Positions 14,789 to 27,160 of a stretch of 64,000 nt of DNA are shown here, piece after piece. The translations under genes were made by a program, and so were the position numbers. This stretch comes from Phoronis australis (taxonomy: Eukaryota; Animalia; Phoronida): positions 216,330-280,329 of the forward strand of contig NMRA01000437.1 in NCBI GenBank assembly GCA_002633005.1, in the 5' to 3' direction. The notes beneath the pieces are model-generated. The model was given only the letters and a program-made list of their open reading frames with translations. It was not told where the DNA came from and searched no databases. Positions within the stretch are counted from its first letter, which is position 1. Every line of letters begins with the position of its first letter.

Positions 14789-17700
14789 ATTGAAGATTTA
14801 GAAGAAAACTTCACCAGTGCCTGAGTTACTCTTTGGGGAGTGCCGGCCGAGGGATTTTTGTTGGGATAGGAGGGGGCAGTGTGTATCGTCTACACTCATT
14901 TGAAAACAACACTGCACCATACTTGGCTCGTAACAATCCGAAATAACTCGACATGGACAGATTCTCCAGCGGCAAATTGTTGAAATTTTCAAATACACGA
15001 AGAATAAAAGAATCCGTCGGTAGCCACCTTCCGTTCTCTAAGAACTCCCCTCTGGCAAGAGATGGCGAAATCACATGTCGCTTTTTTCCTATTATTAAAA
15101 AACTATGTCATTTCATATGAATGGTCCCATGTGAAGGAGAGTGGCCGTGATGATAGCAAAAATTGTCACTCCCTGTTTTTAAAAGTATCCCTTCACATTT
15201 AGGGCCCCTTGTCGGAGGGGGAGCTGACAGTGGCATTCAAGGCAAATCTTTTCATGTTTTTATTTAAACCCTTTTTAGCTTAAGTGGCCGCGTCTCCATG
15301 AAGGGGTCCAGTTGATGGAATAAACAAAATGTCCCTTTTCCTCTATTTTAAGTGACTTAAAATCAGAGACCTTATAGGGTAGAAGAAAAAATTCCAAACT
15401 AGCCGAGGAAGCCACAAAACAATTTCATGCAAAGTATCAGAGCATCAAAACATGTAAGACTATATTATAAAAGAAAAAGGTATTGATCAGAATCGAAGGA
15501 TTTTAAAAGAGCTTGAAGACCACAAAAGCCACATTCGGCGTTGTTTTCACAATGACAAAGGGTATTCCAAGAATAGCATTTGTTATGAAGCTCGTTAGTC
15601 AGCAAAGCATTGTTTATGAAGAAAGTATTGTTTTCGCGACACTCACCAGGTTAGTGGCCGTGTACGCGCCAATCTAACGTATATTAGACAAAAATATAGT
15701 TGGTTCTGATCTTTAGGGACTCATTTTCAGACCTGCGCTTACCAACTACAAAATAAATAACGCCCACCACCCGCATTCATTTCTCCCAAGGTCTAGATTT
15801 TTTTAAAAAGCTGCACACAGGCTGGTAACCAGAATTCGAAACGTTATGGCTTGCCAAGTGATGAGAAAAAATCCTCGTCATTTTGCTCGTCTCAGATGGA
15901 TCTTCATTTTTTTGAAAAAGTGAGCAACCAACTAAAAACAAAATCAGTACCACTGCCTCGATTTTTCAAAAGCAGAGGCCAGAACCATTTAAGTTTTTTG
16001 GCGTCATCTACATGTATGTTTAATCAGATCTATTTCAAAATGCTCAGTCGTAAGGGATAAGTCTACGATCTTTTGAAGTACAGTTAATCTTATTTTTGAA
16101 CTGTGACAGGCTGTTACAAGAACGAACCATACGTTTCCTAAAACACGCATAAATTCTGAGCACATGGATACCCCGTTAAGGTTTCAGGAAAGTTAAGTTG
16201 TACCGCACAAAGTTGCATAAATTTCACCAGGAAATGCCGCTTGTCATTTATTCGATACACTCTGCACGCATTTATTGCCGTATTGGGACGTAATCCAGTA
16301 ATTAAACTAGTTGATTCCCTGTTGTGGTCACTTTTCACATAAATTCGATATCTGTGACAATATATTCACCTTGGGTTGTGAATAAGACGAGCGTCCCGAG
16401 AGAGGGGGCAACTAACCAAGATTTAATCGCGGATTAAACCGAAGTAGATTTGAAACATATAAGCTTGTTCTATACTAGTTAAAATAATCCATTCATGTAG
16501 TTTTTCTGAAAATCTTTAAGCTATCGATGTTCATCCATTTTTAGTATTTCTGAAAACAACTTGTTCCAGAAAGCCAGATCTACTAGAATTTTAGGCAAGG
16601 GATTTTCACTGAAAATTAAATATAATAAAACTGACCGTACTGTAAACCTAAAAGAGGCCATTAAAACAGGTGTTCCATCGATAGGGGATAAGGGTCGATA
16701 AATTTGAACCCAAATACTAAATGCTCTTGTAAACATTTGTTTTGTGCAGTGTATCAAGTTGATTGTCATGATACTGAAAACTCAATATCATGCCAAACAT
16801 CATTAACACGTATCTTGTTTTAATGAAGGAAATTCGAGAAGTATTTCCTCGTAAACAAGATATTCCCTTGTGGGTGGACCAAGGTACATTATTTCAGTAA
16901 TCACGATATTGCCGTCGGCTTTGATTTGCGGCAGCCTCCGGCACAAGTTTTGTGCTAAGTTTCAGCAATAATTTAAAATACACAGACATTACGTGGCAGT
17001 ATCGCAACCACTAACCCTGACTTCCACCTGAGAGTTTTTGAATAGCCTCTTAAGTAATTTCCGGTTCATTGCTTTATGGGTATTTTTTAACATTTTCTCG
17101 CTATTCTGTGAGTGCTCATCTCGACATCGTTTTGTTTTAATTAGGGTTGCAAGCACCAATAGTTTTGAATGGAATTTGCGAAATCCGAATGGATCACAGC
17201 TTTGGAAAACATAATTAAGCAATGCTTTGTCTACACTTGATTGGCGTAATTAGGATCAAACGAATGCCTTTAATTAACATTAGTACCATATTGAAAGTTC
17301 AACGGCTGTTTTAACTTACGTGCATTTAAAAGAATACCTGGTTTTGTCGTATTAACAGATTCTAAAAACGACTTTTCCATAGAGTTTTCTGAAACAAAAT
17401 AACGTTCTGTAATCCTCGACAGCACTAAAAAATTTGGAGGAAAATTTGCAAACTTCTTCCAAAGTCAGCTAACCGAGCAAGAGTGACCTTCGCTTTTAGC
17501 GAATAACACGGCAACTGTGGGAAAAGACCAGCTACCAAGGACTATAATGTCCAATCTGTGACAAAGGGGATAAGAATTTTTCATTTATTCTTGCCTTTAA
17601 CTTGGAAAATTTACGCCAATGTATAGCAGGTGACAGAGTGAGTGTTGGTGGAAATCATCAAAACAGGGTTTAGCATTCTTTTAAGGAAAGAAGACGTCAG

Positions 17701-18392
17701 ATATGAATATGTGACACATGGGTACGGTTTTGTAGACGCAAAAACCCCGCAAAACGCAAGATCACCAAACATTTTGTAAGTGGTCACACTAGTTCTACTT
17801 TAGTGTGCGGATAGTTGCGACTTTGCTAACCAGCTACACGAAGACTGGCGTCAAAATTCAGCTAGGAATGAATAAGCTAACAACAAACTTGAAGGAGCAT
17901 CGAAAAATTTTCATCAGATTTTGTGAAATGGACATAAATCCGGAGACAATCCCTGTATGATTCAAACTACCTGTTGGTTGTGCTAGTACTAACCAAATCT
18001 TATGACATCCTAAACGATCTTACTTGGTTATGTTTCGTTCCTTTTCACGTGTTTGTTACAACGGCGAATCAAATCGTCTGCTATCTAATGCTTATTGATT
18101 TTAACTAATTGTAACAGAGAAAATCTCCAGTGAACGTCAAAAACGTATATATTATTTCAGTTCAGTTGCACATGACATACGCTCAATTCCATATTGGCCT
18201 GTCGCTGGCGGGTTTCGGAGGGTTCGATCGACCCCCTGCGGAAAGGTCTAGCCCCAGTCTCTCCGTTGAAGCTAGGATATAGATGCACAATAGCAACAAA
18301 TTTGTTGCAACTACTCGTACTACAACTGTTGTCAATGGGACACAACCTCATAGATTTCATACGAGCAACAAACATCATTGAGAATGTTTCCA

Positions 18393-19257
18393 AGGTTACA
18401 TGTCCCTATTCCGAGGGTTCAGTACTCTGAAGGTTCACTACTCGAAGGTTCACTACTCCGAAGGTTACCTTCGAAAGTTCTTTACTTCGACCGTTCACAA
18501 TTCCGAAACCAGAATTCCGACAGTTCATTACTCTTATTGTCTGCTAATGAGTCGGAACTGACATGAAAAAAGTTTTTTTGCATTTGTGTCCATTTAGTAA
18601 CCACTTTAAGGGCGCGCAAGAGTTGAATAGTTATTAAAACATCGATTACATTGTTTACGAATGAGCTCAGTTTCAATTACTGCCAACCGTGATTCGTGAA
18701 TCTAAGTAACGAACTTTTTCTCAAGCAGGGACAACATTTAGGACGCAGGTCAGGGGTGCAGCGACCAACGCTGGTTTTAAATTTTATAAGACTGAATGAG
18801 TCTCTCCGACTTTGCGAAGAGTGGCAGGGACAAGGTAGCCTACTAACTACATTTAGTTTTGGTAAGGCCATGCGCGTGGTTCCGGTGGGTGAGGTTGAGG
18901 CGCAGTGGTCCTAAGCCTTTCAGTCACGGTATGAAATGATGCGACATTGACAAGAATTTGAGAAATGTATCATGGTTGATAATTCATCAATATTCCGTTC
19001 TCTTTTAGAAATGCAGGTACGTACTCATTTTTCCGTATTCTTAAGGCATGTCGGCAACTACTTCGCATGCGCATGAAATCCAAAAAAGTTGTTTTATTAC
19101 CGGGCGTTGTTTTCGATATAGCTACAACACTGATTGCATCTAATAATAATAATAATTTTTGCATGCAAAAGTATAAAAATTACACCAGAGTCCAAAATTT
19201 TAGATATTTGCTGAGTGAGTGAACCTTCGAAGTAGTGAACCTTTGGAATAGTGGGCT
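18393..19257. mobile_element. Foldback-type DNA element with inverted subterminal 15-16-bp tandem repeats
   Basis: (CCGAAGGTTCACTACT)n at about 18410-18480 and inverted GTAGTGAACCTT(C/T)G units at about 19218-19255. Confidence 0.6.
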
Positions 19258-19258
19258 T

Positions 19259-19432
19259 TGACGACCAAGATTTCGCTCGTGTTTTACGACCGAAATTGTT
19301 CGCCCATAATTACGCTCGTGATCACGACCGAAACATATACTTCGCTAGAGTTTTCAGATTGAAATCGTTTGTCCTCAATTACACTCGTGATTACGACCGA
19401 GACTTCGCTCGTGTTTTACGACCAAAATCGCT
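19259..19432. repeat. Degenerate tandem repeat, ~20-30-bp units (TTCGCTCGTGTTTTACGACCGAAA)
   Basis: Repeated CGCTCGTG..TTACGACC cores visible directly. Confidence 0.8.
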
Positions 19433-20560
19433 ATAGCCAATGAGAATTTGGTTTGCAGGTCACGTGAGCTCTAGAGAAGTTTTACGCTCGTATTTTCACG
19501 TAATTTTAACAAGTATAGCCATTATATTTAAGTACGAGTCCACGAGACCACCACGTGTCGACGTTGCAAAATATCAAAGGTCCACCGTTCTAGAAATTCG
19601 AACCACCCCCCGCGCAATGCTGGTTACGGGCCTGCATCACAACGCAAATCCCACTTCCATCACGGCAACACCTGGCGCCATCATAACAGCAGAAGAGAAA
19701 AAATTAGGGACGTACGTCTACCAATTCCCTACCATTCAAGATCTCTGATCTATAGACTCTATTCCCGCGGCGGACATTAAAATCCAAAGCGAGGCTCACT
19801 GCGATAAACGAAGAGGAAATTTAAATTGCGTGAGTTAAATGGCCGGTCTTTGGAGTCCAACCTGAATATTAAATCTTAAAAAATGTGTCAATAATTAACC
19901 ACAGAGATGTAGAAAAATACAGTTAAAGAACAAGTCAATGCACCAAAGAGTTGTTTGACGAAAGGATATAGGTTTTTTTCCGGAAAACTAGGTTCGAAAC
20001 ATGAAAAGTAAGCATGACCAAACTGCGGCGATCGTAGTGTTACGGATTAGGTATCATGGTGAATGCAGGGTTACGTTTCTTCTAATTAATTCTTGATAAA
20101 AATGCTTTCTACACGAACCAGGTCATCTGGTCGTATTGATGACGAGTTGAAGATATATTCGACAGTGGTGGCTCATAGCATTTTGCTGTCATGTGCAATT
20201 AGTCTCATCTGGTTTAATTTGTTGATCAAGAGTAGGCCTATTAGCTTCAAGCATAGCCTTGGTCCTGGTGAGGTAGGCACTACCGGGACTAACAGTTGAT
20301 TTGCCATTGATCTGAAATAATACTTGATGTTATTAAATATATATTTTGATTACGATAAAAAACTAGGCTCGCAATTGAAAATAAAAATTATGTGACCATC
20401 AATTCTGCTTTCTTGGTTTTAATAATTACGTCTATGTCCTGTGTTATATTTTTCAAATATCAATCTCGACCAAGTTGAATTTTAAAATTAAAACACCTAA
20501 TTCTTTCGTCCACAGCATAACTTCGTTTTAGAGTTCAATTTCAGTTAACTGGACAGAACA

Positions 20561-20722
20561 CAGTGGCGGATTTAGAGGGGAGCCAAGGGGCTATGCCCCT
20601 GCCCCCCCTAAAGTTCTCCCAGATTCCATTTGGCTGTTCAGGAGCGCGAATTTCTGACGGGCAAAATCCTGGCTAATACTCTGTCTTGCCCCCCCCCCAA
20701 CTCAAAGTCCTGGATCCCCCTG
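20561..20722. mobile_element. MITE with 5-bp TSD GAACA (CAGTGGCGGAT... termini)
   Basis: Imperfect terminal inverted repeats; TSD at 20556-20560 and 20723-20727; homologous to 47211-47368 and about 39490-39645. Confidence 0.8.
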
Positions 20723-20922
20723 GAACAAGCATAGTTATCATGATGTTTCTTCAGAGATGTCTTTCATATCCGAGGGCCGGTGCCTCATGTGTGTGCGGCC
20801 TTCTGAGAGGGGAACGTTTCGCCGAGTGACGGGTCAGTGAAAACTCTACTGACCTCCCGATCACCATCAATAGCACCCCGCCCTTTTGCAAGCTCTCATA
20901 GATCTGCCTCAAGTAGCATTTT

Positions 20923-21251
20923 CAGTGGCTGATCTAGGATACCATATAGGCCTATAGTGAGGGGGGGGGGTAACATCTTCGGAGAAGCGGGCGAAGCGCG
21001 ATTGTATGCACGCAGGCGGCCCGGAAGTTGCGGGCCCAGAGGATGTATACCTTCTGCAAAGGAAATCTGTCGTTGGACTTAAAAAAAATAAAACGGAACG
21101 TGTTTTCCCCCCTCGTCCGCTAGCGGTTACCTAGCTCGAACTCAGTACAAGTTTTCTCACGCTTCACGTTTTGCTGGTTTATTTTGCTTGCGGCAGTCAA
21201 GGGGGGGGGGCCTGGGGGGGGCCTGCCCAACCCCCCCTAAATCCGCCTATG
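20923..21251. mobile_element. MITE with 5-bp TSD ATTTT (CAGTGGCTGAT...ATCCGCCTATG)
   Basis: TIRs and TSD; internal homology to 26680-26919 and 35760-36086. Confidence 0.8.
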
Positions 21252-21689
21252 ATTTTGTATTTTTTCAAATTGTCACCTCTGTGGTCACAGGTGATTTGAA
21301 CCGTTGGAGAGAAATTTTCAATCACAAAGGGGATTTTTAGGCCTCGTGGCCGGAAATTTCGCGTGATTTTTCAATATTTTTAAGAGGGGAATAGGGCCGA
21401 TTTTTGGCCCCAAAATTGAGGGATTGAGGGCCCTGTCCTTTTTGTAAAGAAAAATGCATCGCGCTTCAACCCATAGTCATGAAAACACAGCCTGGCTGCC
21501 CGAAGAATCTCCGGTCCTCATTGCTATGGCGGCATCCAGTCCGAGATGCGACAAATTATGATTCGAAAACAGTTATAAATTTTACACGGACATATTTTCC
21601 TTCGTCGCGCGTATGGCAGGACCCAACGCTTCCGAATCCCAACGTCCTTAGGGATTGTAAAACAGAGTGTCCGTATTTTTTCTAGCTGT

Positions 21690-22860
21690 TCGAGCAACGC
21701 GGAGTACAACTACACGGATATGCCACCAGAGTTATCGTAGCGAGCCTCGTTTTGGAACACGCCTCCTGTCGGCGTGAATAGGGTCTATTCACAGTTTTAC
21801 TAGGTCCACCACCATCTGCGGCCCACACAAAGTATACATTGTTTCTCCGAGACACAATTCGATAAGAAACTGAACCAAAGACATTCTGAATTTTAGTCGG
21901 CCTCCCCATGAGACTGTGATCTCTCAGAAAGTGATTGGGCGAACACACAGGTACCGTTTCTATCTTTATTTCTATCATTCAAAGTGTCGTAAAGTACCGA
22001 GCACGCTGTCAAGCGTCTTTCATTTTATCTGCTCGCAACTTCACATACTTGTCTGTGCAACCACGTTCCAGATTGATTGCATCAAAACGCAGGAGAGAAT
22101 CTAAAGAAAATTTCGGTTGCCTACCAAAGAACAAGAAAAACGGAGGGTACTTAGTAGTGCTGTGCGGGTTAGAATCATACGACATCACTAGATTTCGCAC
22201 ACTGTCATTCGGCCATTTACGTTTGTAGCAAAGTTTTCAACAGATTGTGCAATGTGCGATTGAAGCGCCCACATTATGAATTTCCCTCAGGGTGATTCTG
22301 GGTTGTACGGGATTTCTGAATGTCATAATTTTCACAGTTGTGATCAGACCGCTTTCAAAATTGCTACCCTGATCAAAGACTTTATAGTTATAGATATAGT
22401 ATCTTTGCCCTGATCGCTACTAATCCTGTCCGGAATGCCGAACTTATTGAACTATGGCTCAGTTCAAAAAGCCTTGGCAACAGTCATGGCAGTTTGATTG
22501 TTCGTGACAGCAACCTGCGTAAACTTCGTGAACACGTCAAGGCACCACTAAAACGTTTTTCCAACCGTCTCTAGAACAGTAAAATTAACAGCTAACACTT
22601 GGTTGGTTCTACATGTACATGCAGTAAAGTGACTCATGATGGTCCTCTGTTCCTTGTATGGACCCTTAGAAATTTGACAGCTCGCAGGTGATTTGCAATA
22701 GTCCACCACGTCTTTCTGCATCATGCCTAACCAAAAGCAGCTATTGCTAATCAGAGTAAATGTTCTCTCATTTCCTTGGTGCCCAGCGGCATCATGTAGA
22801 GACACCATTTCGTAACGACTGTACGTGGCACAACTAACACACAATACCCGGGCTGTTTAT
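21690..22860 (-). mobile_element. Degenerate Ty3/gypsy LTR retrotransposon integrase fragment
   Basis: HHCC zinc finger LHDAAGHQG..RT...FW..M.KDV.DYCKS..SCQ, then DVFTKF, FGIPDRI.SDQG, HPEGNS..RFNRTL and PHSTTKYPPFFLFFGRQP, with frameshifts and stops. Confidence 0.9.
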
Positions 22861-22978
22861 GAACAGCATACCCCGATTTAAGTTCAGGTCATTCCAATAA
22901 CTCAAATATTTCCGTACAGAGCAAATTGGCCGCGGCCGCAGCCTAACTATTCAGTGCCACCTAGGGCCACTCACAATT

Positions 22979-23249
22979 TCACCAGAACGCTTACATCAAC
23001 TAAAAACAGCAACAGAGGCAGATGAAGCTGCAGTGGAGCAGCTCACGCCACAATGTTATTGTTTACTCTCTAATCCACTACAATAACCAATTGTCATGAT
23101 TAATCCACGTACAAGCATTAGGGTTTGGACAAATGTAAGGAAATTGGAAGGTCCCCTTGAAATGTTGACTTATTTTTCTTGTACCCAATCAGCGTGGTCC
23201 TGGAGTAAGATAATGTTGCTATTTTTAGTTGATGTAAGCGTTCTGGTGA
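22979..23249. mobile_element. MITE-like element with ~36-bp terminal inverted repeats
   Basis: TCACCAGAACGCTTACATCAACTAAAAACAGCAACA (22979-23014) is inverted at 23214-23249 with one mismatch. Confidence 0.7.
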
Positions 23250-24831
23250 TGTCAGCAGTTTTATAAGCAAGCGCATTAGTTCGCCTCAATGGATCATTTC
23301 GGTCACTTCGCTTTGCTGTGAATGTTAATGCCGCTTGAATTAGGAAAATTTGGAGGTTTCTTTGGTATTCATTGGTTTCGTTTCCCGTATCATCAAAGAT
23401 TTGAGTGCTACAAGACTTCGCTGCTTAACAATTGATATTTTTGGATATATTTGGCGTGCTGTGGCCGTTGTTAACGAAGTTGTTTGGCAACTTTAAGGGC
23501 TAGTGTATTTTTATGCGGCTATCTACAGTAGAAACTAAATATATCCTACGCTAACAAAGCTACAACTTTAATCATAATTAATCGGTAGAAGTAGAAAAAA
23601 ATACCAATGGACGACCGTTGCATTAATGATATATTTCCTAAGCTGTTTTTTCTCCATCGTTTCGGTTCCTATTGGACAAGAGTCGGTTTGATTTTAGGGT
23701 ATATAAATCATCTCTTCATGCTAAGAGCGAACAGTCTTACACCACCAAATCTCTTACCACGCACAGAATCCGAGTTCCAACCACCCTTATCACGGACAAT
23801 TCTAGTGCAAGTGACTGAAAAATCAACACAGAGAAAAAGGCTCGCTCCCCTCGGTCACTTTTACAAAACAATTCTGTGATAACAACGTTTAATTATGGAT
23901 GGAGGTCATGGCGTTTGTGCGCACGGTAACAGCGTTTTACGATGCACGGTTGGAGCCGAATGCCATTCCTCTACCCCCGATTTCCGTCGGATCGTTTTCG
24001 CCACAAAACATGTTCTTAAAACAAACAATTTTACACGCCACTTTGTATCATGAAGCTTTTAGCGACCGTTCAGTTACTGGAACTTGTACAATTCTCTTTC
24101 TGAGACATTCATTCCATTAACAATGCTGACCTTGTCGCTGTGCTTCGTCATCATTCCTGTACATGTCCGCATTTTATTTGTTTCTGTAATTCATTATTTT
24201 TTGATTATTTTTAAGTGTATCGTGGTCTTCTTTGTCACCTTTATTTTTAGTTGATTTCCATGTCTATCTCTATTTGTCTCTGTATCGTGCTGTAATGTAT
24301 TTTAGTGTGTCGTATTGTAAATTGATGGCCAAATGATTTCAAGTACATGTATATCAAAAAAAACACATTTGTTGCCTCAAGATTAACTGCACTCGATTCA
24401 CTTGGCCATCTGATTGCCTGGTCTCTTAGTCGGAAGTCGTCATAGAGTGCCAGTCACATGTCTCAGCTGTTTGACCCAGCGAAACCGGCGAAGTAAATCA
24501 TGTGTAGTCATTAGCCTTGATGGCTTAATTTACATAATCTGTATATATAGAGAACTATGAATAGAGGTTTTTGCATTAAAATACACTCATCAGCGCATCC
24601 TAATAATTAGTGCACATCTTCTCGTTTCCATCATTTAGTTGAAAGCAAAATAGAAAACGGAACAATACGCACCACCTGCGCATTTATCATTTCCGGATTT
24701 TAAACAATAGTTCCGCTTAATTGAACCCACGTTGTTTCTTATAATAAATAAATATTACCTAAAGAAACTTATCATAAATAAATATTACCTAAAGAAACTT
24801 ATCATAAATAGATATTAGATAAAGAAAAAAT

Positions 24832-26001
24832 GAAAGCGCTCCGAGGAGCGAACCTTGGCGAAATTAACCAAAAAGATGACGATAAAGATGATGACGAATA
24901 TGACGACGATGGTGGCGAGGATGAACAAAAGAAGTAATAATAACATACACATGACGAACGTAGAAGTTCGAAATCAGTAAGAAAAAGGGTACAGTCTTGT
25001 GCGACACTTGGCGAAATTAACGGAAAAGACAACGACGGAGATGATGAAGAAGATGATGACGAATATGATCATGGTGGTGGCGATGATGAACAACATCACA
25101 ACATTCATATGATGAACTTAGATGTCGTAAATCAATAAGAAATAGGCTACAGTCTAGTTCAATAGAAGATAAACCAACATCAATGCAGCAAGAGCGCTCA
25201 ACAAAGGAACAGCGTTATCAGAAAATCCCAAATAACTCGAAAAGTAGACGTCCTAGCGAAAAATGGAAAACATCTTCTGAAAGCTCGTTCAAAATTCTAT
25301 CTACACTGATGGTATCGCCTAATTCTGTAAATTTTTCGAAAAAAATGAAATTTTGCGTTTTTTTAAAGAAATTCAAAGTCAAATAACTCAAAAACAGTAA
25401 GTCTGAGAAAAAATTGTTACAGGCCATTTAAAAGAATATACTTCAAAAAATCTACATGCAAAAAATCACGTCTTTTTCTCTTCCAGTTTAAAATCGCACT
25501 CCAGACGACTGAAAATAGGTCAACATGCGCCAGATCCGCCATCATGAAAGCAACTTCCGGTTTTTTGGCTTTGTATAATAGCATGTTATAAGAAACTAAT
25601 ACCTGTAAAAATTCGAAGGAATTGGTCTTATAATGCGCCCTCTAGAGGAGAAAACGTTTCTAGGCCAAAATCGAGGTGCGCATGCGCGATCGTCGATATT
25701 TCCGCCATCTTTGACCGGAAGTAAACAATTTCCGGTCTACTTGCAGCAAACTTCCGGTCCATTTACTGTGCCGATTCTTAGCCTTTCACGTAAAAAATTG
25801 TAGCCTCCAGAAGCATTTGAACCTTTAAATGGAAACAAAATGGCCGCCACAGCCGCCATCTTGGATCCGATTTTGACGAAAAACAATAGGCTTCCAATAC
25901 TTCCAAAAGTACGTGTTATGTGTAAATTTCGTGATGATTGGACGAAAATTGCGACCAGTGGAAGAGCAACATACTTGGCGAAATTTATTTCGCCAGGTAA
26001 T
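24832..26001 (+). mobile_element. Non-autonomous Helentron-type (HINE/DINE-like) element
   Basis: 5' small palindrome GCGCTCCGAGGAGCG then ACCTTGGCGAAAT; 3' stem-loop CTTGGCGAAATTTATTTCGCCAGG-TAAT (25974-26001) carrying the inverted copy; internal ~155-bp GAT-rich tandem duplication. Confidence 0.6.
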
Positions 26002-26239
26002 GACAGCATATGTGCCACCACTGCATACTTGTTTGCTTAAAAGGATACGAAACCCCGTTTTCACCTGCTGATGCAGCCAGTGACGTCAATCTTGAAAGAT
26101 AACATCAGGAATCAGCTAGAGACTTGCCTAATTACAAAAAGAAATGGAGTTTTAGAAAATTGTAACAGTGGTTTTGAGATTTCATCTTGAGCATGTAACT
26201 ATATGAAACGAAATTTAGTCACGTTATCGTAACTGTTGT

Positions 26240-27160
26240 TTTGTAATGATTGTGCCTTTGTTTTTTGCGAAATGTCACTAAAAAGACCTAGTCACGATAC
26301 CCAATTAATGACGAGGGCAGTTTGAACACATCAAATAACCAGTGATGTTTCGGTGCTGAGCTAAGTTGTAGTACCTAGTAACTACTTGCGTCACCTGCCG
26401 AATAGCCAGTCTATCTAAGCATAATCTCATGGCTGAACAGAACTTGGAAAAATAAGTTTTGTTTGTTTTTCGGCAGTGCTGTAGTGGTAAAATTAGAGGT
26501 AAGTAGGCGCCCAAAGCTCACCGCATCACCTTGAGCACTGAACATAACTTACGGTGCGTAGGCGCTATGTTCAAATGCCACTCCGACCCACTACAGCATT
26601 GTTTGTCGGTAGATGGAGCTCATCCTCCATGCATCTGTTGACAATTAATAAACAAAGTCTTACCTTTGCCCTGCAATACCAGTGGCGGATACCATAAAGG
26701 GGAGGGGCAACATCCTCGGAGAATTGGGAGGGCAGGGACCGAGGAAGGTGGACCTTCTGTTCAGAAAATTTATCCGTGGACTAAATAAAAAAAAAACACC
26801 GGGAACACGATTCCGCAGCGATTTGGGGTCTGAGCCCCCCCCCCCTCCGCTACCGATCTTGGTTACCTTACTCAATATTTCCTCACGCTTCACGCTGTTG
26901 CTGTTTCATTCCGCCTATGAATACTTATATGGGACTGGTATGCAGGGTTCTAGTACCGAACAGGGTGCTTCTTGCTTTGCAAGGTAATCAACAGCTTCAT
27001 CACCATCAATGCCAACACGAGCCGTTTTACATGTACAGTACGTTTGGCTGCCTGACGATTTAGTTCATCCTCGCAAGCCAGTATGAACTTGAGCTGATTT
27101 TTGCCTTGGTTAGAACCTAAATGGCGGCTTGACTATGCGAGAGTATAAAAAGCTCCTTGT
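26240..27160 (-). mobile_element. Degenerate non-LTR retrotransposon 3' region (RNase H plus C-terminal zinc-knuckle region; I/R1/LOA-type), interrupted by a MITE
   Basis: After removing the MITE at 26680-26919 it reads ILSHSQAAI..., ARVGIDGDEAVDYLAKQEAPCSVLEPCIPVPYKYCRAKVR (RNase H HxGIxGNExADxLAK...EP pattern), then RQVTQVVTRYYNLAQHRNITGYLMCSNCP. Confidence 0.75.
26680..26919. mobile_element. MITE with 5-bp TSD AATAC, nested in the RNase H relic
   Basis: CAGTGGCGGAT...TCCGCCTATG; TSD at 26675-26679 and 26920-26924. Confidence 0.82.

Noticed and set aside
16500-17960. Coding-looking AT-rich stretch with short protein-like frames
   Set aside because: Multiple stops in all frames and no motif I could assign, so no call is supportable.
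19259-19432. Repeat array with variable interruptions, superficially CRISPR-like
   Set aside because: Units are degenerate and abutting with no unique fixed-length spacers, there are no cas genes, and the context is eukaryotic.
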